Below are positions 1 to 7,128 of a stretch of DNA of 59,227 nucleotides, in pieces (the stretch's first letter is position 1; each line of letters starts with the position of its first letter). Made by a program: the position numbers and the translations under genes. The stretch is from a virus (lineage: Duplodnaviria; Caudoviricetes): IMG/VR virus record IMGVR_UViG_3300031577_000001, positions 1 to 59,227 of that record; one strand, 5' to 3'. Below the pieces are notes generated by a model, which saw only the letters and a program-made list of their open reading frames with translations, had not been told where the DNA came from and did not search any database.

Positions 1-127
1 TTATGGGGATGGCACTTATTTTTATATTTCTGCTGGTATGTATGGCTAAATTCCTATGATGTTGTTGGAGGGCTAAACATGTATAAGGCAGTAAAACAGG
101 TATGCGCCACCTGCGGCAATGTGAATA
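1..127 (+). repeat. 127-bp exact repeat, copy 1
   Basis: Identical to 57665-57791; diverges at base 128. Confidence 0.95.
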
Positions 128-234
128 AGCAAGCGTATCCGGGCAAGATGGTGTGCTACAAGCTAGATACTGTACGGCGAGGGCGTGAGGTTAAGCCTAG
201 TGACAAGTGCAACAGGTGGAAGGGGGCGCAGTGA
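79..234 (+). CDS. Small Cys-rich hypothetical protein (51 aa, MYKAVKQVCATCG...)
   Basis: GGAGGG RBS; CxxC motif; diverged allele starting at 57743; translated by hand. Confidence 0.6.
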   Translation: MYKAVKQVCATCGNVNKQAYPGKMVCYKLDTVRRGREVKPSDKCNRWKGAQ

Positions 235-680
235 CAGTGAAATTCAGGGGTAGACGGGTTGATAATGGTGAGATGGTGTATGGATATTACTTTAATTTTA
301 AATCTACAGTAGGCGATGTTAATAAGAGCTTTATAGCTACTGGCGGAGAGTATTCACCAGATATGGGATTGCGTATATGCGGGTTAAAAGAAGTTGACCT
401 TGCCACGGTCGGAGAGTACACCGAGCTTAAGGATAATACTGGCAAGCAAATTTACGAGGACGATATTGTACGGATTTACAGACCGGGAATTATTGAAACA
501 TTGTTAGCGGTTGTTAAGTTTAATGACGGGTGCTTTGATATTGAGTCTATTAGCAAGGCAACTCTTGGCAGAGATTATTTAAAGGTATACACGGCTAACC
601 ATGCAGTAAAAGTAATCGGCAATATACACGATAACCCGGAACTGCTGGAAGGGGATGGGGTTAGTGCGAGAGCATTATAA
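231..680 (+). CDS. YopX family protein
   Basis: KFRG...GEYTELKD..GKQIYEDDIV...VIGNIHDNPELL YopX signature. Confidence 0.9.
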   Translation: MTVKFRGRRVDNGEMVYGYYFNFKSTVGDVNKSFIATGGEYSPDMGLRICGLKEVDLATVGEYTELKDNTGKQIYEDDIVRIYRPGIIETLLAVVKFNDGCFDIESISKATLGRDYLKVYTANHAVKVIGNIHDNPELLEGDGVSARAL

Positions 681-939
681 CGGCACAATACCGGAAGGTA
701 GCACAATAAAAGTAATGATAAACAACGAAGATGGCATAGTTAATGATTGCATTGTCAATAGGGACATAAAAATTGAAAAAGACAGTTTAATGCTAATAAG
801 CGGTGGACTCGGAAGTCCGGTAAACATTGACTGGGTGGAAAAAGTAACATCAAAAATATTTGTATTACATGCCACGTGGCAAGATTGCTTAGTTATTAAA
901 AATGATACGTTGTACGGTAGCTATTCGGATGCTAGCTGA
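655..939 (+). CDS. Hypothetical phage protein
   Basis: ORF track; overlaps the yopX stop. Confidence 0.55.
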   Translation: MGLVREHYNGTIPEGSTIKVMINNEDGIVNDCIVNRDIKIEKDSLMLISGGLGSPVNIDWVEKVTSKIFVLHATWQDCLVIKNDTLYGSYSDAS

Positions 940-942
940 CAA

Positions 943-1057
943 ACAAAAGAACAAGGCCACTGCGCGAGTGACCTTGTTCTAGAGGAGAAAGGACCATAGA
1001 AACGTTACGGTAATATTATACCCGGCTAGGCTGGGTTTATACGGGGAGGGGTAAGCG
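943..1057. promoter_or_regulatory. Conserved intergenic element (hairpin plus minus-strand TATAAT plus RBS), copy 1
   Basis: agaacaagg...ccttgttct stem; near-identical copy at 58581-58692. Confidence 0.6.
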
Positions 1058-1177
1058 GTGCCAACTGTAAATATGAAATGCTTGTATTGCAATGACTATG
1101 GCGTTAGGTGCAAAGGAAAAGGTAAAGCTTGCGACAAGTTCCCAGGGCAAGTAATTAAACCGCCTGGAGGTGCTGAC

Positions 1178-1352
1178 AATGGCTCGAACGCTTAAAAACT
1201 GCCGAATAATTAGGCGTGGTCTATGGCTTGGTGTTGGCAAACCAAAGGTAGAAAACGGCATGTGCGAAGGTTATTGTACCAATGAAAGTGACGAAACGTC
1301 TGAATTATGTAGGCAGTGTAGGCTTTTAAAGGAGGATGCTGACAATGTATAA
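1178..1352 (+). CDS. Small Cys-rich hypothetical protein
   Basis: GGAGGTG RBS; CxxxC/CxxC motifs. Confidence 0.55.
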
Positions 1353-1503
1353 CGACAAGGCTATTGATAAGCTGATAGAGTGGGCGAAACGTCATGAATG
1401 CCCTAATCAATTGGGATTAAGAATAATATATTGCACCGGAGAAAAATGTGACGAGTGTTGGAAACAGGCACTAAGTACAGAACCGGAGGGTGACAATGGT
1501 TGA
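1345..1503 (+). CDS. Small Cys-rich protein (52 aa, MYNDKAIDKLIE...STEPEGD)
   Basis: RBS; allelic homolog at 58882-59043. Confidence 0.6.
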   Translation: MYNDKAIDKLIEWAKRHECPNQLGLRIIYCTGEKCDECWKQALSTEPEGDNG

Positions 1504-1637
1504 GCGACTAAAAGACGATCACTCCATCTACGATAAAGCCAAGGAAATACACAGGTTAATTAAAAAATGTAAAGAACATAGCAGCCCGGTAGTTTGTGTT
1601 GAATGTGATTTAAAGAAAGCGTGCTGGGGGGTAGACA

Positions 1638-1769
1638 ATGGCTAAGATAACGGCTGAGCAAGCTATAGCGTGGTTAAAAGACGATGATGTTTATTGGATA
1701 AATCGAGATATAACACAGTTTATTATTGATAAATTACGCAAGTTACAGCGATTGGAGGGCGGTAAGTGA
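1638..1769 (+). CDS. Small protein MAKITAEQA...LQRLEGGK (43 aa)
   Basis: Shares both termini with 2029-2280; allele begins near 59185. Confidence 0.6.
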   Translation: MAKITAEQAIAWLKDDDVYWINRDITQFIIDKLRKLQRLEGGK

Positions 1770-2026
1770 TGGCTGATAGAGCATTAGGTGGTGAGCATAA
1801 CGATAAGCAGTTACAGGCCGAAAAAGCCAGAGCGGCTAAACTGTTTGAGGCGTTAAAAATAGCCAGACCACTTGAAGAATGGGGAGAGGATTACGGTGAT
1901 GTATTATGGTGGAAATTTCCGATATGTGAGCCGCCATACGTTGGCTCTCCGCTTGATTGTAATTGGTCTGGCTATCACACACATTGGACGCCGATTATAG
2001 AGCCGGAACCGCCTGGGGGGTGCTGA
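1766..2026 (+). CDS. Conserved phage hypothetical protein (EWGEDYGDVLWW...YHTHWTP)
   Basis: ORF track; motif typical of small phage early proteins. Confidence 0.7.
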   Translation: MMADRALGGEHNDKQLQAEKARAAKLFEALKIARPLEEWGEDYGDVLWWKFPICEPPYVGSPLDCNWSGYHTHWTPIIEPEPPGGC

Positions 2027-2028
2027 TA

Positions 2029-2280
2029 ATGGCTAAGATAACGGCTGAACAGGCTAAAACAAAATTGATTCTTCTTGCTAGCATATTAGGCTATAACGAT
2101 GACAACGAATTAGCAGATATAGCAAATATGCTTGATGATATGGATAATGCGGTGCAAGCGGCAAATGAATTAATAAAATACCCCAGCTTCAGAAATTCAG
2201 ACACTAGTATAAATATTAGTCCAATACCATATGCAAAATTGGTTAGTGCATTACAACGGTTAGAAAGGGGCGGTAAGTGA
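2029..2280 (+). CDS. Hypothetical protein MAKITAEQA...LQRLERGGK
   Basis: GGGGGGTG RBS before ATG 2029. Confidence 0.65.
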   Translation: MAKITAEQAKTKLILLASILGYNDDNELADIANMLDDMDNAVQAANELIKYPSFRNSDTSINISPIPYAKLVSALQRLERGGK

Positions 2281-2570
2281 TGGACGGTAAGAAAAGCAAA
2301 TTTGAGTACAATGGCTTTGTTGGTGGATGGGATCATTTTGCAGTAAATGCTGATAAATACACAAAAGAACAGGCTGAAGCTATTTATCGAGAAGAAGAAT
2401 GCTACGATGACGAACCAACACCATACAAAGTAGGGAAAGCGTGGGTTAAATGGAGGGCGGGAGTAAACGAGGATAATGAGCCTTGCGTCGGATGGTGGAT
2501 TGAATATAAGGAGCCACAAAAAGGGGCTGTGCCTGTTTGGGTATTTAGCTATGAAAGGGGCGGTAAGTGA
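2277..2570 (+). CDS. Hypothetical phage protein
   Basis: ORF coupled to the upstream gene by GTGA overlap. Confidence 0.65.
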   Translation: MMDGKKSKFEYNGFVGGWDHFAVNADKYTKEQAEAIYREEECYDDEPTPYKVGKAWVKWRAGVNEDNEPCVGWWIEYKEPQKGAVPVWVFSYERGGK

Positions 2571-3151
2571 TGGCTAAGTGTAAAAACTGCGGTAACCAAA
2601 TTCAGGGCTGGTGCGATTATTGTAATGATGATTGTTATAACGCTTATCAATATAAAAAGGTAGAAAAAGAAAATGCCGACCTACGCAAGGGACTTCAGCA
2701 GGAGCACGATAAGGTAACGAGGCTGGCAGAAAAATTACACCATGTATCAATGAATCACGGTGAATGGATGAAAGCAAACGAAAAGCAAAGGGTTACAATA
2801 GCGGCTTTGCGGTTGGCACTGGATAAATTAGCGCGATTAGGGAATGAACCGAACTATGGCAATAGTATTGGAAACGAAATAGCACAACAGGCATTATCAG
2901 ATACGACCGGAGCGGAACTACTCGATAAGATTGAAACTACAGAAATAGCATTAAAAAACCGCAATAGAATCATTGAGGAATTGCAAAAAGAATCCGTTAG
3001 GTTGGAGCAAGAGAATCAGGCGTTAAGGTGCTGCGGTAATTGCCGTTATCAAAGTCATAAGCCCCCAAAAGAGTGTATTGATTGCGGTGGTATTGATAAT
3101 GAATATGCTGGTTGGCAATTAGCAGAAAGGCTGGTGAGTAAGAGTGAGTGA
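2567..3151 (+). CDS. Coiled-coil protein with N- and C-terminal Cys clusters
   Basis: CxxC motifs; heptad pattern. Confidence 0.65.
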   Translation: MMAKCKNCGNQIQGWCDYCNDDCYNAYQYKKVEKENADLRKGLQQEHDKVTRLAEKLHHVSMNHGEWMKANEKQRVTIAALRLALDKLARLGNEPNYGNSIGNEIAQQALSDTTGAELLDKIETTEIALKNRNRIIEELQKESVRLEQENQALRCCGNCRYQSHKPPKECIDCGGIDNEYAGWQLAERLVSKSE

Positions 3152-3542
3152 GTGGGGCGACGAATGGATGGAACAAGAAATAATTATTAAATGGTGCGAA
3201 AAACATGGGTTAAAGGTAGGCGCCAAAGAGAAAGAATTAATGGAGATTTTTACTAACATTAGGATAAACAATATTTGTCAGTTACAGGCAGCAAAAGCCA
3301 GGGCAGATGGATTAGAAGAAAAACTATCGATTATGCAAAATGAAACTAAGAACCAAATTGTAGCACGTGATAAGGCAGAGGCTAGGGTGGCTGAGTTGGT
3401 TGGGGCGCTAGACAGCTGTATGAATAGGCTTAAATTTTTAGGCTCAGACGAAGCGAAATATTACAGCTGTGATAATAGCTTTTGGATTGAAGAGGCAGAG
3501 AAAGCCCTAGCCAAGGCAAAGGAGAGTGATAACAATGGATAA
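3144..3542 (+). CDS. Hypothetical coiled-coil protein
   Basis: ORF track, translationally coupled. Confidence 0.6.
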   Translation: MSEWGDEWMEQEIIIKWCEKHGLKVGAKEKELMEIFTNIRINNICQLQAAKARADGLEEKLSIMQNETKNQIVARDKAEARVAELVGALDSCMNRLKFLGSDEAKYYSCDNSFWIEEAEKALAKAKESDNNG

Positions 3543-3713
3543 TCTAGCAACTATTTCCCAGCGATACTTCATAAAGTTGCTTTGCGATAATTTAGGTTAT
3601 GATTATGACAATTATTTGAGCGTTGATTTAACAAAACAAGATGCATCGGAAATCATAACCGAATTAAAAAACGAGTGGGCAGGATAATCCCTGCAATAAG
3701 GAGGCGACCGACA

Positions 3714-3926
3714 ATGGTTAAAACACATAAGTTAAGTAAAATTGTAAGGTTTCACAGTCAATCTGAGTATGCGAACGAAATACTATCACCAAGCCGCAAG
3801 AACAATACAATTGTATTGCAAATTGAAAATATTAGTTGTGGAAAATATGATTTTATCGCAGAAGTTATTAATACAAATGATTATGAAAAAGTGGAGGAGG
3901 CGACCGACAATACAAAAACTGACTAA
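3714..3926 (+). CDS. Hypothetical protein
   Basis: AGGAGG RBS before ATG 3714. Confidence 0.5.
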   Translation: MVKTHKLSKIVRFHSQSEYANEILSPSRKNNTIVLQIENISCGKYDFIAEVINTNDYEKVEEATDNTKTD

Positions 3927-4020
3927 CATAATATACAACCTGCTATGCACTCCGCTCGGTTGGTTGGCGCTGATCGGCGCGAGTGTAGCAGTGGCAGTAG
4001 CAATAAAGGGGGCGTGAGGA

Positions 4021-4215
4021 GTGGACAAACAAAGCTATGACTATATAAAAATTGGTGAGCAAGTTATATATAAATACAAGTTTTGCAAGTGGTTACCAGC
4101 AATAAAGATAAAGGGGAAAGTTTGGGCGAAATCAATGGATGGTGATGGAAGTATTAAGTACGGGCTAGTTTTAGATGGTACCCCGACAAATAATAACGTA
4201 GTAAAAATAAGCTAA
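4021..4215 (+). CDS. Hypothetical protein
   Basis: RBS junction duplicated at 4224-4260. Confidence 0.5.
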   Translation: MDKQSYDYIKIGEQVIYKYKFCKWLPAIKIKGKVWAKSMDGDGSIKYGLVLDGTPTNNNVVKIS

Positions 4216-4250
4216 TAACAGGGGCAGTAGCGATAAAGGGGGCGTGAGGA

Positions 4251-4643
4251 ATGGATAAAAATGAGATGTTGGCAATGGAGCCAGGGCGGGAACTTGATAC
4301 TTTAGTGGCTGAAAAAATATTTGGGCTTGAATATATGGAATGTATCGGTTGCTATATTGACAGTAATGGCAATGAACAAAAAATACAACGACACAGTACA
4401 GAAATTGCGGCGGCGTGGGAGATCATTGAGAAAATGTATGAACTTGGTTTTCGATATTGTGTAAATATTCTCGATGATTGGAGATTTGAAAAGCCTACAC
4501 ATCATTGCTGTTTTGCAAAGCTAAAGTCAGACTGTACAGACGGTTTATATATAAAGGACTACGACCATTTCCATGCTTATGGTGATACGGTGCCAGGAGT
4601 AGTATGCAAAGCCGCGCTATTGGTAATGGAGGTTGGCGAATGA
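4251..4643 (+). CDS. Phage ABA-sandwich (BC1872-like) protein
   Basis: GRELD.LVAE.IFG...ST.IAAAWEIIEK...ICKAAL pattern. Confidence 0.75.
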   Translation: MDKNEMLAMEPGRELDTLVAEKIFGLEYMECIGCYIDSNGNEQKIQRHSTEIAAAWEIIEKMYELGFRYCVNILDDWRFEKPTHHCCFAKLKSDCTDGLYIKDYDHFHAYGDTVPGVVCKAALLVMEVGE

Positions 4644-4897
4644 AAATATATGTACAGCCTAATACCAATGCTGGAGTGCATGGTGGAGGAGACAAATCCT
4701 TAATATTTAGAGATTACTTTATAACTATTGGAAAGTCGCCTATTGTCGAGGTAATAAAAACTGAAACGGGGCGTAGCGGTGGATTTTATGGCAGAGAGTG
4801 TAGTGAAGAATTTGGAGAAAAAATAATCAAACTGATCGAAGACGAATTTGCGAGGTTAGATAAGTATTACATCAGATTAGATGAGGCCAAAACATGA
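4640..4897 (+). CDS. Hypothetical protein, tandem paralog A
   Basis: Aligns with 4894-5166 (DYF..GK.P.VEVI.TE.G...RECS.EFGEKI). Confidence 0.7.
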   Translation: MKIYVQPNTNAGVHGGGDKSLIFRDYFITIGKSPIVEVIKTETGRSGGFYGRECSEEFGEKIIKLIEDEFARLDKYYIRLDEAKT

Positions 4898-5166
4898 AAA
4901 TACAAAAAGAACCTGGAACCCAAATTTGTTTAGATGGTAATGGTGATACATGTTTGATGTTTGGCGACTATTTTGTATCTTACGGTAAAACGCCTGTGGT
5001 TGAAGTCATAACCACCGAAGTAGGGCACGGTGTTGGGTTCCGTTTCAGAGAGTGCAGCAAAGAATTTGGAGAAAAGATAATGAAAATGATCGAAGATGAA
5101 GTCAAAAAAATTGATGATGGATACATAGAGAGGATGGTGGAGGTCAGCAATGATAAAGACAAATAG
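4894..5166 (+). CDS. Hypothetical protein, tandem paralog B
   Basis: Paralog of 4640-4897. Confidence 0.7.
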   Translation: MKIQKEPGTQICLDGNGDTCLMFGDYFVSYGKTPVVEVITTEVGHGVGFRFRECSKEFGEKIMKMIEDEVKKIDDGYIERMVEVSNDKDK

Positions 5167-5452
5167 ATGTAAACAAGTACAAAAGGTCGTTCAACATTAT
5201 ATCAGGCGACAAATACCTTTTACTCTTAAAGGAATTAAATTAAAAGTAAGCCGTTCGATAGATTTACGGCAAGAGGATGACGTAATTATTAAAGGTTGCA
5301 GTTTTGAGCCAGCCAACAGTAAAAAAAATAAGAAAACGATTGGAGTTAAGATAACTGATAAGCGAATTAAAAGAAACGAATTTCCACTCTTTATTTTTTC
5401 ACCGAGCCAGTACAAAGAGATGGATTTAGCAAGAAACCAATTTTATAAATAA
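5150..5452 (+). CDS. Basic hypothetical protein
   Basis: GGAGG RBS; ORF track. Confidence 0.5.
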   Translation: MIKTNRCKQVQKVVQHYIRRQIPFTLKGIKLKVSRSIDLRQEDDVIIKGCSFEPANSKKNKKTIGVKITDKRIKRNEFPLFIFSPSQYKEMDLARNQFYK

Positions 5453-5692
5453 GCGATTAGGGGCGGCGTAAAGGAGGCGTTAGAATTGCCTAAACAAACT
5501 TTAACCGAGTATTATAAATTACCGCAGATGGAAAGAGATTTTAGACAGTATGCAAGGCACTTAGAAGAATTAATGCACCCAGAATATAAGTCTTATGAGA
5601 ATTTTGCGAAAGCAATTAATGAGTTTATAAAAGCGAATAAACCAAAATAAGGGGCGGATAATACCGCCCTATTCGTGTTGGGAGGGGTTAAC

Positions 5693-6037
5693 ATGCAAAA
5701 GGTGATTGATGGTGTAAGGGTTACATATACGGATGATATTAGCGACCAGGAGGCTGCGGTATACGCTAATCAGGAGATTGCCGAGTGGAAGGGCCAGCAT
5801 AAACAGATTGACTACATGATGATAAAAATTGATGGCAATGAGGTTGTGATTGAGGCGCATGAGCGGTCACCGATCAGGAGAATAAGGCGAATTACCGGAT
5901 ACTTGAGTGAGGTTAGCAATTTTAATGATGGGAAACGTGCGGAACTTATAGACCGCACCAACCAGGACAACCAGGAATACAACTACCCGTCAGATAGAGA
6001 ACGGTATTTAGAGAGACAAGCATTGCTAGGAGACTGA
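5693..6037 (+). CDS. Stand-alone NrdD-like glycyl-radical domain protein
   Basis: RRITGYL...FNDGKRAE..DR matches the class III RNR C-terminus. Confidence 0.75.
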   Translation: MQKVIDGVRVTYTDDISDQEAAVYANQEIAEWKGQHKQIDYMMIKIDGNEVVIEAHERSPIRRIRRITGYLSEVSNFNDGKRAELIDRTNQDNQEYNYPSDRERYLERQALLGD

Positions 6038-6061
6038 TTGATTTTGTGGGGAGGGGTTAGC

Positions 6062-6544
6062 GTGGTTTTACAGAGAGAAACAGCGTACAAAGAGGAAAAT
6101 AGGCAAGCCGCAAAATGGCTATTGGAATACCCCGAGAGAAGACAAGCTTATATAAATAGAATGAACTCAATCCAGTATTTAGGGGCTACACAATACGATG
6201 GTATGCCTCATGGCACCGATGTTGGAAGGCCGTGTGAGGCTAAAGGGATTAGACTGGCTGACTTGGATATTGACAAGAAATGGATAATGGCAATTGAGGA
6301 TGCAGAGAGAACGCTAGGGCCGAAGAAGTTAGCATTCCTTGATATTAGGAGGCAGGCGGAAAAACAGAAAGCATCAACAGGCGGCAGGCCAGGATGGATG
6401 AATTACACCATGGAAAAGTATGCTGATTGGCAACATAGGCGTTATGGTGGGGATTATGTACCAAGCTACAATACTTTACGTGCATGGTGGGACGAAATAC
6501 TAAATGTTGCTGTAAGGATAGCTATTCGGCGCGGATGCTTATAA
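6062..6544 (+). CDS. RinA/ArpU-like late transcriptional activator
   Basis: YDGMPHGT.VG.P.E motif; last early gene before the late region. Confidence 0.7.
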   Translation: MVLQRETAYKEENRQAAKWLLEYPERRQAYINRMNSIQYLGATQYDGMPHGTDVGRPCEAKGIRLADLDIDKKWIMAIEDAERTLGPKKLAFLDIRRQAEKQKASTGGRPGWMNYTMEKYADWQHRRYGGDYVPSYNTLRAWWDEILNVAVRIAIRRGCL

Positions 6545-6554
6545 AAAATACTTT

Positions 6555-6604
6555 TTGTTTGGCACAAAGGTACGAAAAACCCTGTCATACTAAAGATAGT
6601 AAAA
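6555..6604 (+). promoter_or_regulatory. Putative activator-dependent late promoter
   Basis: Immediately after the RinA-like gene; tgtcatact -10-like element. Confidence 0.4.
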
Positions 6605-6903
6605 CTATGTCTCCGCAATGAGGATAAACTACTGCCGGAATGGTTTTAGCCAGGACAGCACATATTGCACAATAATGTGCCATAAGGCGGCGTTAGTGCT
6701 AGTTAGGCTTTAACCCTGAGGTATCAATGGGTGCCGCCGAGATTATCAGCAGCGACAATTGCGCTGACTAGATATATTGTTGTGGCGACGCCTGAAAGTC
6801 CAACAAACAGGTAGATCGCTGGTAGAATGTACAGCAGCGGCGGAATAATGGCGTAACTACCGCCGCAACGATAATAACCATGTCGCTCGCACCGGAGATA
6901 TGG
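6605..6903 (+). ncRNA. Putative ~300-nt multi-branched structured RNA of unknown family
   Basis: Closing stem 6605-6615/6893-6903 with six internal hairpins and G-U pairs; no plus-strand ORF. Confidence 0.6.
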
Positions 6904-6959
6904 TGTCATAGATTGTTCATTACTTTTTACCTCCAGGGCCTTCGGGCCTGTACATGACA

Positions 6960-6989
6960 GCCTCCTGATTCCAGGGGGCTTTTATATTT
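6960..6989 (+). terminator. Rho-independent terminator
   Basis: gcctcctg-attc-cagggggc followed by tttt. Confidence 0.7.
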
Positions 6990-7128
6990 GAGGTGATAAT
7001 TGGCCTGTTGTTTGAGACTCAGGTTTTTATTGATCCTTTTTCTTTGCCTTTTTAGGGGAGGTGGTTGCTAAAATCAACTCATGATTTGCCACATTTAATA
7101 TTGTCTAAGCTGAGAGGGGAAATGTAGA

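Noticed and set aside
1-127. Biological direct terminal repeat
   Set aside because: Exactly 127 bp, a common assembler k-mer, and the second copy is not at the contig end
6793-6801. RNase P-like GAAAGTCC
   Set aside because: Lacks the GAG prefix and the 3' P4 partner; no tRNA, tmRNA or SRP hallmarks found either
7000-7071. 23-aa hydrophobic micro-ORF with GAGGTG RBS (MACCLRLRFLL...)
   Set aside because: Too short to support without conservation or expression data
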